Of a stretch of DNA of 64,000 nucleotides, positions 19,200 to 29,813 are shown one piece after another. The notes beneath the pieces were generated by a model. It was not told the origin of the DNA, made no database searches, and was given only the letters and a program-made list of their open reading frames with translations. This DNA comes from an uncultured delta proteobacterium. Lineage in GTDB: Bacteria; Desulfobacterota; Binatia; UBA9968. The DNA lies in NCBI GenBank assembly GCA_963745035.1, contig CAVUVW010000021.1:386045-450044 (forward strand). Reading direction: 5' to 3'. The first letter of the stretch is position 1; every line of letters starts with the position of its first letter. A program made the position numbers and the translations under genes.

Positions 19200-19946
19200 A
19201 AGGGCGCTGTTTCCCGCGCGCGGCGGGCGGAAAGGGAAATCACCAGACCGGTAGCCGCTTTGCGCGGTGAGGCGGCGCAGCAGCTTTCGTCCCACTTTCC
19301 TGGAATGAGGGATGCTGCTTTTGCGCGTGGCGATGTAGAGGGCGCGCAAGCCGAGGGTGCGGTAGATGCGCAGTGTTGTGGTGGGCGAGGCGCGGCGAAC
19401 CTTGCGCGCGGCGGTGATGTTATCGACGATCGCGATTTCCTGGAAGCGTCCGGAACGAAAAACCGATTCCCACAAGACCCGCTTGGGGCTCTTTTTTCGA
19501 ATCGTGTCATGCATGGCGACGATGGCGCCCTCGACCAGATGGGTTCCCACAAAGTGAAGTCGAGCTTGGCCGCTTCGTAGCGGTGGTCGCCGTCGATCCA
19601 AAGCACGCGTGCGGGGTGGTTCCATCCGCGCGAGGCTTCCTCCGAGGTCATGGAACCGCGTGATCGTGGACACCGACGTATTTAAGATTGGCGAGAAACT
19701 CGGCTTCGGTATCTTCGAAATAGCCCTCTTCGGGGCAAATTCGATGGGGAACGATGGCGTAGACACTTTGTCGGCGTGGGCGCTCGCGGCGCCCCGTCCA
19801 AGGGCTGCCGTCGATTTACCCTTCCAACTGCCGATTTCGACGATCACGCCGTCGCGCTCGTTGAACTGCCCCAATCGAAACAGGCATTCCACTTCCGCGC
19901 GGGTGAGCATGCCGGGCAGCTCGCAAATGTCTTCAAGAGTATGCAA
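19200..19946 (-). pseudogene. Degraded class I SAM methyltransferase (Methyltransf_24-like)
   Basis: VEIGSWKGKST, WIDGDHRYE and VAMHD lie in different frames, with three lesions near 19765, 19652 and 19545. The 3' end is approximate. Confidence 0.75.
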
Positions 19947-20038
19947 AGCCGGCTCTCGTGTTTGGCGGATATCATTAGACCGGCATCACTTAAAGCGATG
20001 GATTGATTTTATCCGGATCGGCTCCTATGGTGATGGCC

Positions 20039-20845
20039 ATGCCCGGTGACTCGAGCAGTGAAAAGGGCGTGCCGACGGTGTCCGCGATCGTGGTCTGCTT
20101 CAACGAGGAAGAACGCATCGGGGACTGCCTGGAAAGCCTGCGCTGGTGCGACGAGATCGTCATCGTCGATTCTTTCAGCACCGATCGAACGCCGGAGATC
20201 TGCCGGCGCTACACCGACCGCTTTATTCAGAGAGCGTGGGCCGGCTACCGCGATCAGAAGGCGTTCGCCCATTCGCAGGCGACCCAGGAATGGGTGTTGC
20301 TGGCGGATGCCGATGAGCGCGTCACCCCGGAGTTGCGCGAGGAAATCCGCGCTTGCCTTGCCCGCGACGGCGGTGCCTACGCCGGCTACGCGGTGCCGCG
20401 TCTGGTGCACTATCTGGACCGGTGGTGGCGCCGCGGCGGCTGGTATCCCGACTATGACGTGCGGCTGTTTCGCCGCGAGCGCGCCACCTGGGGCGGAGCC
20501 GATCCGCATGAAAAGATTCTCGTGGACGGAAAAGTTTGCCGTCTCAAGAATCCGCTGAACCATTTTTCCTATCGCAATATCGAAGACCATCTGCGGCGCA
20601 TCAACCGGTTTACCTCGATCTCGTCGCGGGAGGCGCGCCGCAATGGGGCGCGCTGGCGCTTGAGCGACGCCCTGTTGCGTCCCGCCGCCCGTTTTCTCCG
20701 CTCCTACGTTCTCAAGCGCGGCTTTTTGGAGGGCTTTGCCGGTTTCTACGTGGCGGTCACCGCCGCAGTTTACGTTTTTCTCAAGTATGCTAAGCTCTGG
20801 GAGCTGGAACTGGAGGAGAAGAAAAAACTTGGGCGGAAGCGGTGA
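20039..20845 (+). CDS. GT2 beta-1,4-glucosyltransferase-like (WaaE/KdtX family)
   Basis: FNEE, VDSFSTD, ADADER, WYPDY, HE, GFLEGFAGF. Start codon uncertain. Confidence 0.88.
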   Translation: MPGDSSSEKGVPTVSAIVVCFNEEERIGDCLESLRWCDEIVIVDSFSTDRTPEICRRYTDRFIQRAWAGYRDQKAFAHSQATQEWVLLADADERVTPELREEIRACLARDGGAYAGYAVPRLVHYLDRWWRRGGWYPDYDVRLFRRERATWGGADPHEKILVDGKVCRLKNPLNHFSYRNIEDHLRRINRFTSISSREARRNGARWRLSDALLRPAARFLRSYVLKRGFLEGFAGFYVAVTAAVYVFLKYAKLWELELEEKKKLGRKR

Positions 20846-21935
20846 TAACCGCCTTCTCAAGATTCTCCACATCGATCCCGAGAGGAATTGGGGCGGCGGG
20901 GAGGCGCAGGTTTTCGGTCTGCTACAGCATCTCGCGGCCAGGGGACATGACAACGACCTTTTAGCCCACCCAAGCGGGCTTTTGTTCGCCCGCTGCCAAA
21001 CTCTCGACGTGCACGCACGGCCCATCCTCATGCGCAACGATCTCGACGTGCGCTGCGTTTGGCCGCTGCGCCGACTCATTGGCCGGATGGCTTACGACAT
21101 CGTCCACTTTCATACCAAGCGGGCCCATGCGCTCGCGTTCTGGCTGCCGCGCGGCAGACGGCGCCCCAAGTACGTGGTGACGCGACGGATGGACTACCCG
21201 GAGCCGCGCTCGTGGTACACGAATTGTCTGTATAACCGGCGAGTGGACGGCGTGGTGGCGATTTCGCAAACCATCGCCGGAGTGCTGCTCGGCGCCGGCG
21301 TGGAGCGAGACAAGATACGCTGCATATCGAGCGGCATCGATCCGGAAAGGTTCGCCGCCGTCGGCGCGCGCGCGGGCGCAGACGACGGTGTCACCGTGGT
21401 CGGCTGCTTGGCGGGGCTGGAAAAGCGCAAAGGTCATCTCTACCTGCTCGAGGCGGCCGCTTTGCTCAAAGCGGAAGGCTTGCGGGTCCGTTACCAGATC
21501 GCGGGCGACGGCCCGCTGCGCGCTCAACTGGAGACCGAAGCGCAACGCCTGGGCGTCGCAGAGGAGATGTGCTTTTTGGGGTTCGTCGCGGATACGGCGC
21601 GGTTTCTTGCCGGAGTGGATCTTCTGGCAATGCCGTCGCTGTACGAGGGGCTGGGGGTGGCGGTGCTGGAAGGGATGGCGGCGGGGAAGCCGGTCGTCGC
21701 CACCAAAGTCGGCGGCCTCAGCGAGTCGGTGCTCGACGGCGTCAGCGGATTTCTCGTGCCGCCGCAGGATCCGGCGGCGTTGGCAGCGGCGATCGCCAAG
21801 CTCGCCCGCTCGCGCGCCCTCGGTCAAGCGATGGGCGCTCGAGGGCGGGAGCGCGCGCGCGAGTATTTCTCCTTGCAGCGGATGGCGCTGCAAAATGAAT
21901 CTTACTACCGGGAGCTGCTGAGCATGCCTTCCTAG
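20829..21935 (+). CDS. GT4 glycosyltransferase
   Basis: WGGGEAQ, KRKGH, PSLYEGLGVAVLEGMAAG. Confidence 0.9.
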   Translation: MGGSGDNRLLKILHIDPERNWGGGEAQVFGLLQHLAARGHDNDLLAHPSGLLFARCQTLDVHARPILMRNDLDVRCVWPLRRLIGRMAYDIVHFHTKRAHALAFWLPRGRRRPKYVVTRRMDYPEPRSWYTNCLYNRRVDGVVAISQTIAGVLLGAGVERDKIRCISSGIDPERFAAVGARAGADDGVTVVGCLAGLEKRKGHLYLLEAAALLKAEGLRVRYQIAGDGPLRAQLETEAQRLGVAEEMCFLGFVADTARFLAGVDLLAMPSLYEGLGVAVLEGMAAGKPVVATKVGGLSESVLDGVSGFLVPPQDPAALAAAIAKLARSRALGQAMGARGRERAREYFSLQRMALQNESYYRELLSMPS

Positions 21936-21950
21936 CCGGCAGTTTTTTAT

Positions 21951-22934
21951 ATGTCCCGCTTGTCCGCGATCCTCGAAAAATTTTCCCGGACTCGCCTCCT
22001 GGTGGTCGGCGATCTGATGCTCGATCGATTCATCTGGGGCGAGGTCGAGCGCCTCTCGCCGGAGGCTCCGGTACCGATTCTGCGGGTCGTGTCGGAGAAA
22101 TCGAGCTTGGGCGGCGCCGCCAATGTCATTCACAACGTGCGCAGTCTGGGCGGACAGGTGACCGCCTGCGGCATTGTCGGCAAGGACGAGGCGGGCAAGC
22201 GCATTCTTGCGGCGCTGGAAAAAATCGGCGCCTCGACTGCGGGCCTGATCACCGACGCGCGCTTTCAAACCATCGAGAAGAGCCGGATCATTGCCAGCCC
22301 GCATCACCAGCAGATCGTCCGGTTGGACCGGGAAAACCATCAATCGATCGCCGGGACTGTTTTAAAAAGGCTGCGCGATTTTATCGCCGCCAACGCGGCA
22401 AGCTTCGACGCGGTCGTGGTTTCCGACTACGGCAAGGGTGCGGTTCACGCTGAGCTGCTGCACTGGCTGGCGTCGGGCGCGGGTCGGCAAAAGATCGTCT
22501 GCGTCGTCGATCCAAAGAAGGAGAACTACGACCGCTATCGGTTTGCGACATTGGTCACACCGAACAAAAACGAGGCGAGCGAAGCTTCCGGCATCGCCAT
22601 CGCGGACGAAAACTCGCTGGTTGCGGCGGGGAAAAAGCTCGTGCGCAAGTGGCGCGCCGAAGCGGTGCTGATTACCAGAGGCGCCGACGGCATGAGTCTC
22701 TTTCGCCCGCGCTTTTCCGTCCAACATTTCCCCACCGAGCCGCGCGACGTATTCGAAGTCACCGGCGCCGGCGACACCGTCGTCGCGGTATGCGCGCTCG
22801 CTCTTGCCGCGGGCGCGAGCTTCGCGGAGGCGGCGATGCTCGCCAACATCGCTGCCGGGTTTGTCGGCGACGAAGTCGGAACGGTGGCTGTTCCGCTCCA
22901 AAAGCTGCGGCGCAGCGTCGAGGATCAGCTATGA
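21951..22934 (+). CDS. hldA: D-glycero-beta-D-manno-heptose-7-phosphate kinase (HldE kinase domain, stand-alone)
   Basis: VGDLMLD, SPEAPVP, GGAANV, SDYGKG, TPN, VTGAGDT. Confidence 0.93.
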   Translation: MSRLSAILEKFSRTRLLVVGDLMLDRFIWGEVERLSPEAPVPILRVVSEKSSLGGAANVIHNVRSLGGQVTACGIVGKDEAGKRILAALEKIGASTAGLITDARFQTIEKSRIIASPHHQQIVRLDRENHQSIAGTVLKRLRDFIAANAASFDAVVVSDYGKGAVHAELLHWLASGAGRQKIVCVVDPKKENYDRYRFATLVTPNKNEASEASGIAIADENSLVAAGKKLVRKWRAEAVLITRGADGMSLFRPRFSVQHFPTEPRDVFEVTGAGDTVVAVCALALAAGASFAEAAMLANIAAGFVGDEVGTVAVPLQKLRRSVEDQL

Positions 22935-23791
22935 AAAGCATGACCGGATACGGCGAAGGGTCACAAAGCGTTCGCGGCGCCAAAGTGACCGTGCAGATTC
23001 GCAGTTTGAATCACCGCCATCTCGATCTCCAGCTTCGGGTGCCTCGGGAGTATCTGTCTCTCGAAGAAGAAATTCGCAAAACACTGCGCGGCAAGATCTC
23101 CCGCGGGCGGGTCGATCTTTTCGTCAACCGCTACGCCGCCAAAGCATCGGCGCGCAAGCTGGAAATGGACGAGAGCTTGGTCGGGCAATACATCGCCGGT
23201 GTGAAGCAGCTCAAAAAACGCTATGGTCTGGCCGGCGAGGTGGACGTCTCGCTGTTGGCCAATATTCCAGACTTGGTGCATGTGCGCGACGCGGAAGCCG
23301 ACGCCGCCGGCGAAAAACAAGCCCTGCTGAAGGCGCTCGCCGCCGCGCTCGGCAAGCTCGAGCGCTCGCGCGAGCGCGAGGGCGCGCATCTGCGCGCCGA
23401 CATGGAATCTCAAATCCGCCATTTGAGCAACATCGCCGGCGACTTGGAAGCGCGCGTTGCAGAGTATCCGCTCCGCTTGCAGCGAGGCGGAGCGTCGGAG
23501 ACCGACGATAACGGAATCCAGGATAAAGAAGCCGCGGAGGTTGCAAGCGCGACCTTGAAGGGCGACGTCAATGAAGAAATCGTCCGCTTGAAGACCCATA
23601 TCGCGTCATTGGCAAAGGTGATTCGCGAGCGCGAACCGGTGGGTAAGAAGATTGATTTCATGCTTCAGGAAGTCAACCGCGAGCTCAACACTATCAGCTC
23701 GAAAGTGCCCCACTTGCCGGTCGTGCAGCTCGTCTTGCAAGGCAAGGAGCGGGTCGAAAGGATCCGCGAGCAAGCGCAGAACATCGAATGA
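22931..23791 (+). CDS. yicC: YicC/YloC family endoribonuclease
   Basis: MKSMTGYG, SLNHR, RGRVD, GKKIDFMLQEVNRELNTI, REQAQNIE. Confidence 0.95.
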   Translation: MKSMTGYGEGSQSVRGAKVTVQIRSLNHRHLDLQLRVPREYLSLEEEIRKTLRGKISRGRVDLFVNRYAAKASARKLEMDESLVGQYIAGVKQLKKRYGLAGEVDVSLLANIPDLVHVRDAEADAAGEKQALLKALAAALGKLERSREREGAHLRADMESQIRHLSNIAGDLEARVAEYPLRLQRGGASETDDNGIQDKEAAEVASATLKGDVNEEIVRLKTHIASLAKVIREREPVGKKIDFMLQEVNRELNTISSKVPHLPVVQLVLQGKERVERIREQAQNIE

Positions 23792-24474
23792 TGCGCCGTC
23801 CCATTGCGCCCGCCAAGCGGCTGGGCATTATTTTCATTCTTTCCGCGCCCTCCGGCGCCGGGAAGACGACCCTCTACAACGGCTTGCGCGAAATTTATCC
23901 GGAAATCGAGCTGTCGGTTTCGTGCACCACGCGCGCCAAGCGGGCCGGCGAAGTCAACGGACGGGATTACATCTTTCTCACGGAAGCGGAGTTCGAGCGT
24001 TTGAAGCAGCGCGGCGAGTTTGCCGAATCGGCCAGGGTGCACGATTATTTTTACGGCACTCCTAAAACTCCGCTCCAGCGCTGCATCGCTTCAGGGCGCG
24101 ATATCCTGCTCGACATCGATGTCCAGGGCGCGCGCCAAATCAAGAAAAGCTTTCCGCAGGCCGTATCCATATTTCTCTTGCCACCCTCGCTGAGCGAACT
24201 CAAGCGCCGCTTGGCGGCGCGCGGCACCGATGGCAAAGAAATTATCCGTCGCAGGCTGGCCAATGCCCAAGGTGAAATCGGCGAGATAATCCATTATGAT
24301 TACTTTGTCGTCAACCGCGAAGTGGATCGAGCGGTAAAGGATCTGGCCGCCGTTGTGGTGGCGGAGCGGGCGCGGATCTCGCGCGTTACAGAGTGGCAAC
24401 TCGAGCCGCTTCGTGGCAAAGCGGCTTCGACGGACGATGGCAAAAGAAGCAAAAATCAACGAATTGGTCGATAA
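23788..24474 (+). CDS. gmk: Guanylate kinase
   Basis: SAPSGAGKTT, SCTTR, YGT, DIDVQGA, PPS. Confidence 0.97.
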   Translation: MMRRPIAPAKRLGIIFILSAPSGAGKTTLYNGLREIYPEIELSVSCTTRAKRAGEVNGRDYIFLTEAEFERLKQRGEFAESARVHDYFYGTPKTPLQRCIASGRDILLDIDVQGARQIKKSFPQAVSIFLLPPSLSELKRRLAARGTDGKEIIRRRLANAQGEIGEIIHYDYFVVNREVDRAVKDLAAVVVAERARISRVTEWQLEPLRGKAASTDDGKRSKNQRIGR

Positions 24475-26651
24475 AGTCCGGCTCGTACTATCCCGCCGCG
24501 GACGTGGGCTTGATCCGTACGGCCTACGATTTTTCGGCCAAGGTTCATCAAGGACAAAAGCGGCTGTCCGGCGAGCCCTATCTGATCCATCCGCTGGCGG
24601 TGGCCGACATCATCGCCGACCTCAAGCTCGACGTGCCGAGCATCGTCGGCGGCCTGTTGCACGATACGGTGGAGGACACCCTCACGACCCTCGACGAGGT
24701 GAAGGGCCTGTTCGGGCGCGAGATCGCCGCGCTGGTCGACGGCGTCACCAAATTGGGCCGCGCCAATTTTAGCAGCCGCGAAGAAAAGCAGGCGGAGAAT
24801 TTTCGCAAGATGCTGCTGGCGATGGGCAAGGACGTGCGGGTGATTTTGATCAAGCTCGCCGATCGCGTCCACAATATGCGCACGTTGGATCACATGCCGG
24901 CGGAGAAGCGGATTCTCACCGCCCAAGAAACGCTCGATATCTATGCGCCACTGTCGCACCGTCTGGGGATCGCCTGGATCAAGAGCGAACTCGAGGATCT
25001 GGCGCTCAAGTATCTGCATCCGGAAGTCTACTACCAGCTCAAACGCAACGTCGCCAAAAAGAAAAGTGATCGTGAAAAATATATCGACGAAGTGATTTCC
25101 ATCATCACCAAAAAGCTCGATGCCGAAGGCATCGATGCCGAAGTGACCGGCCGGCCCAAGCATTTCTACAGCATCTACCAGAAGATGGAGAGCCAGAATC
25201 TAGTTTACGATCAGATCTACGATTTGGTTGCGTTTCGCGTTCTAGTCGATACCCAGCGCGAGTGCTATGAGGCGCTCGGGTTGGTTCATTCGCAGTGGCG
25301 CCCGGTGCCGGGCCGTTTCAAAGACTACATCGCGCTGCCCAAGCTCAACATGTATCAATCGCTGCATACCAGCGTCATCGGTCCCTACGGCGAGCGGATC
25401 GAAATTCAAATTCGCACCCACGAAATGCATCGGGTGGCGGAAGAGGGGATCGCGGCGCACTGGCGCTACAAAGAGGGCGAAGAATTTCAGGTAAGCGATA
25501 TCCAGCGCTTCGCCTGGCTGCGGCAATTGCTCGAGTGGCAGGAAAACCTGCAAGACCCGCAGGAATTTCTGCACAGCCTGAAGGAAGACTTGTTCTCGAC
25601 CTCCATGTACGTGTTCACTCCCAAGGGAGATCTTTTGAACTTTCCCAAGGGCTCCACGGTGATCGACTTTGCCTACCGGATCCATACTGAAGTCGGCCAC
25701 CGCTGCTCCGGCGCGCGGGTCAACGGTCAGCTGGTATCGCTCAAATACATTTTGCGCAGCGGCGACACCGTGGAGATCATCACCACCCAGCAGCAGGCGC
25801 CGACGCGAGACTGGCTCAAGTGGGTGAAGACGCCGCGTGCCAAATCGAAGATCCGCAACTGGCTGAAGGCGCAGCAGCGCGAACGTAGCGTACTGCTCGG
25901 AAAGGAAATCCTCGAAGGCGACTTGCATCGCTACCAGCTCGACTACGCGGGGCTGCGTAGCAATGGCAAGATCGGCTGGCTGACCAAGGAATTGGGCATG
26001 AAAGACGAAGAGGCGTTGCTCGCCGCCATCGGTTACGGCCGGATCACCACGCGCCATGTGCTCGCCAAGCTGATTCCGCCGGAAAAACTCGAAGCCGGAT
26101 CGAAGAAGGCCGGCGGCGCCTTGGAGTCGCTGTTTCGCCTGGTGTCCAAGCAGAAGCGCGGCTTGGGGATTCGCGTCAAGGGGGTAGACGATGTCTTGGT
26201 GCGCTTCGCGCTATGCTGCCACCCGCTGCCGGGCGAGCACATCGTCGGCTTCATCACCCGCGGGCGCGGGGTGACCATCCATACCGTCGGCTGCCCGACC
26301 GTGCTGGAGAGCGATCCGCATCGAAAAATCGACGTGAGCTGGGAGGAATCAGAGCAGTTGCCGCGGCCGGTCAAGATCGAAGTGAGCTGCATCGATCAAC
26401 CGGGCTTGCTGGCGGCGATCAGCGCGGCTATCACCAGCGCGGAGGCGAATATTGCGCGCGCGCAGATTCGCACCTTTTCGAGCCAGCGGGCAATCAATAC
26501 GTTCGAAGTCATGATCAAGGACTCCGCCCACCTCGGTCGAGTGCTGCAGAATATCTCCAAGGTCAAAGGCGTCTATAAAGCGGTGCGCGCCCGCGGCCGC
26601 GCGGGCGGCAAAGTGGAATCGGATCCCGTTCACAAAGAGGAGTTGCACTGA
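24437..26651 (+). CDS. spoT: Bifunctional (p)ppGpp synthetase/hydrolase RelA/SpoT (one +1 frameshift near 24480, probable sequence error)
   Basis: HQGQKRLSGEPY, HDTVED, KLADR, GRPKH, YQSLHT, EIQIRT, then TGS, CC and ACT domains. The N-terminus MAKEAKINELVDKVR is in another frame. Confidence 0.95.
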
Positions 26652-26665
26652 TCCTTGCGGTGCTG

Positions 26666-26857
26666 CTAGGCGACTTTCTGGACGCGGCCAGAATGAATGC
26701 AGTCGGTGCAGACCAGGGCGCGCTTGACTTGCCCATCGAAGTTCGCTCTCACCCGCTGCAGATTGGGCCGCCAGGAACGTTTGGATTTATTGTTGGCGTG
26801 ACTCACGTTGTTGCCGACGGATCGGCCTTTCCCGCAAATCGAGCAGACTCTCGCCAT
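26666..26857 (-). CDS. rpmB: 50S ribosomal protein L28 (zinc-binding CxxC...CxxC form)
   Basis: [10 protein letters not shown]...[20 protein letters not shown]...CTDC. SD GAAAGGA. Confidence 0.96.
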   Translation of the reverse strand: MARVCSICGKGRSVGNNVSHANNKSKRSWRPNLQRVRANFDGQVKRALVCTDCIHSGRVQKVA

Positions 26858-27328
26858 CGTCGTTTCGTATCCTTTCAATAATTTCCGTGGTCGAAAAACC
26901 TTTCAGATAGGGAATGACGGCGACCTGGCCGCCAGCTTGTTCGACTAGGTCCGCGCCGACGATCTGATCGGCGCTCCAGTCCCCGCCCTTTGCCAGCACG
27001 CGGGCTTGATCGCGGCGATCAAATTGTAAGGATCGGGCTCGTCGAAAACAACGACGTAGTCTACCATCTCCATAGCGGCGATCAACTCGACTCGGTCGGT
27101 TTCGGGCAAAATTGGCCGCGCCGCACCTTTGATCGATTTTACCGATCGGTCGCTGTTGATCCCGACGATCAACAGATCGCCCGCCGCCTTGGCCTGCCGC
27201 AAAACATGCACGTGGCCGCGGTGCAACAGATCGAAGCAGCCGTTGGTGAAGACCACAGTCTTGCCGTTTTTGCGCGCGTCGGCGGCGATGGCGGCGACCT
27301 CGTCAAGGCTCTTGAGCTTGCCCGGCAC
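26787..27328 (-). CDS. hldC: D-glycero-beta-D-manno-heptose 1-phosphate adenylyltransferase (frameshift near 27000)
   Basis: [18 protein letters not shown], then KGGDW and GFSTT in the second frame. Start may be 27328 (GTG) or 27364. Confidence 0.92.
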
Positions 27329-27486
27329 ATTGTCTGGGGTAGCATGATAAATGATTGTTTTCAATTAAATATCGCGCGTCTGATGCCCGAGATTAGCTTG
27401 ATTCCAGAAGAAAATTTCGCTAAGGTCTGGAACACAGGCGAGCGCGTCCGTCGCATTCAATCCTGCATCAATTTAGGAGGCCACGA

Positions 27487-28927
27487 ATGGAATATCAGGA
27501 TCTCAGGGACTGGATCCAAATCGCCGAAGAGATGGGCGAACTCAAGACTTTGAAAGGGTGCGACTGGAATTTGGAAATCGGCGCGATCACGGAGATCGTG
27601 GCGCACAAGGAAGACGGCCCGGCGGTGCTGTTTGAAGACATTAAAGGCTATCCCAAGGGCTACCGGGTGTTGTCCAACTCCCTTTCCTCGCGCAAGCGGC
27701 TGGCCCTTACCTTGGGGCTTCCTTCCGGCGAAACCAAAATGGATTTCGTCAAGATCTGGAAGGACAATTACAAAAGCATCAAGCCGGTGCCGGCTAAGTT
27801 CGTCAAAAAGAGCGCGCTCTTCGACAACGTCTACAAAGACGGCGATATCGATATGTTCAAGTTCCCGACGCCGCTCTGGCATGACAAGGACGGCGGCCGC
27901 TATATCGGCACGGGCAGCGTCGATATCACGCGCGATCCGGATGAGGGCTGGGTCAACTACGGCACCTACCGGGTCATGATCCATGACAAGAACAAGTTGG
28001 GCTTTTATATTTCGCCCGGCAAGCACGGCCGCATCCAGCGGGAAAAGTATGCCGCCAGCGGCAAGCCGTTCAAAATCGCCATGTCCTTTGGCCACGATCC
28101 ATTGACCTTCCTCGCCGGCAGCATCGAAGTGCCGTACGGCGTGCCGGAATATGAGTTCATCGGCGGCCTGCGCGGCGCAGCCTTTCGAGATGATCGAAGG
28201 AGAGTACTCCGGCTTGCCGATTCCGGCCAATGCCGAAATCGTCATCGAGGGCGATGTCCATTTCGATAATCCGAAAGTCGAAGGACCGTTCGGCGAGTGG
28301 ACCGGTTATTACGCCAGCGCGGAACGCGCCGAGCCCTGGGTCGAGGTGAAGCGGCTTTATCATCGCAACGATCCGATCATTCTCGGCTCGCCTCCGGGGA
28401 GACCGCCGGCGGAACTGGGTTGGTATCGTTCTTATCTGCGCTCGGCGCTGATCTGGGACGAGATGGAAAAGGCCGGCGTGCCGGACGTCAAAGGGGTGTG
28501 GCTCACAGTTTCCGGCGGCAGCCGTCTGATGATGTGTGTATCGATCAAGCAGCGCTATCCGGGACATGCCAAGCAAGCGGCCGTGGTTGCGTCGCAGTGC
28601 CACGCCGGCGCGTATCTGGGACGCTTCGTGGTCGTGGTCGATGACGATATCGATCCGTCGAACACCGATGATGTCATTTGGGCGATGTCGACTCGCTGCG
28701 AGCCCGAGCAGGATATCGATATCCTGCGCCGCTGCTGGAGCGGGCCGCTCGATCCCGTGATTCACCCGACCAAGAAGGGTTTCAATTCGCGCGCGATCAT
28801 CGACGCGACCCGGCCGTACGAGTGGATGAAAGATTTTCCGCCGGTGGCCGAGTCGAGCAAGGAAGTCCTCGACGCCACGGCCAAGAAATGGGGCGCGGAG
28901 CTGTTCGGAACCAACGGCAAGAAGTAG
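27487..28927 (+). CDS. UbiD family prFMN-dependent decarboxylase (frameshift near 28178)
   Basis: DLRDWI, GPAVLFE, DGGRYIGT, NYGTYR, EGPFGEWTGYY, VDDDID, IIDATRP. SD AGGAGG. Confidence 0.92.
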
Positions 28928-28945
28928 GCCGCGCTTAAGCCTGGA

Positions 28946-29731
28946 CTACGAAGGCAAGTCGATCACGATGGTGGTCGGCTTGCCTTTTTTTATGACTTCG
29001 AGCTTGATTTGCGACCGCGCGGCGTGAACTGCGGCCTCGAGATCGCTCGTGGAAGCGATCGGTTGCTCATTGGCCTTGACAATAATGTCGCCGCGCTGGA
29101 GCCCGGCGTTCAGCGCCGCGCCGCCGGACAGGTCGGTCACCAGGACGCCTTTTTGCTGTGGACTGTCGAACAGTCTGGCCAGCTCCGGGGTCAGATCCTG
29201 CGCCTGCAGGCCCAATTTTTTCTGAGTTTGCTCGGCGCGTCCGCCTTGCGCCGGGACTGGTTTGGATTTGCCCAGCACCTGCGCCGAGACGAAGATCGGC
29301 GCCTTCGCGCGCAGCGCCACCGCGATGGCGTCGCTCGGTCGGCTGTCCACCTGCACGACCTTGTCTCTGACGGCGAGAGAAAGTTGGGCGAAGTACGTAT
29401 TGTTGCGCAGCTCGGTAATGGTGACCCGCTGGAGGGTTGCGCCGACGCTCTGCAAAATATTGCGAATCAAGTCATGGGTGAGCGGGCGCGGCAGCGAGAC
29501 GTGCTCGAGCTCGAGCGCGATAGCGCGCGCCTCGGGCACGTCGATCCAGATCGGCAGCGGTCTCTTGTCGGCGACGGTCTCGAGCACGACCACCGGCGTT
29601 TGGGTCGCGGGATCGACAAGCAGGGTTTTGATCCGCGCTTCGAAGACGGTGGCATCCTGGGCGCCGTGGACTGGGAGCGCAGGCAACAAAAAAAATAGCA
29701 GCAGAAGCGGCAGATGGTGACACAATTTCAT
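28946..29731 (-). CDS. Signal peptide + DUF151 (bifunctional nuclease, BFN) domain + HtrA-type PDZ domain
   Basis: MKLCHHLPLLLLFFLLPALPVHGA; LPIWI..EA.AI, PRPLTHDL, DSRPSDAIA; LGLQAQDLTPEL...GVLVTD...AGLQRGDII. SD GGAGG. Confidence 0.88.
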   Translation of the reverse strand: MKLCHHLPLLLLFFLLPALPVHGAQDATVFEARIKTLLVDPATQTPVVVLETVADKRPLPIWIDVPEARAIALELEHVSLPRPLTHDLIRNILQSVGATLQRVTITELRNNTYFAQLSLAVRDKVVQVDSRPSDAIAVALRAKAPIFVSAQVLGKSKPVPAQGGRAEQTQKKLGLQAQDLTPELARLFDSPQQKGVLVTDLSGGAALNAGLQRGDIIVKANEQPIASTSDLEAAVHAARSQIKLEVIKKGKPTTIVIDLPS

Positions 29732-29774
29732 GGCTCCTCCGGATCCAAGCGGCGTGCGGCGCAAGTGATGTGCA

Positions 29775-29802
29775 ATTATGAAGCGCCGCGCGGCCGTGTC
29801 AA
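29775..29802 (-). promoter_or_regulatory. Candidate sigma70 promoter TTGACA-N16-CATAAT for the DUF151-PDZ gene
   Basis: Near-consensus boxes about 45 nt upstream of the ATG at 29731. Confidence 0.55.
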
Positions 29803-29813
29803 TGCCGCTTTTC

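Noticed and set aside
24470-24490. Programmed frameshifting in spoT or other genes
   Set aside because: No slippery heptamer or stimulatory structure seen. The pattern matches the window-wide indels.
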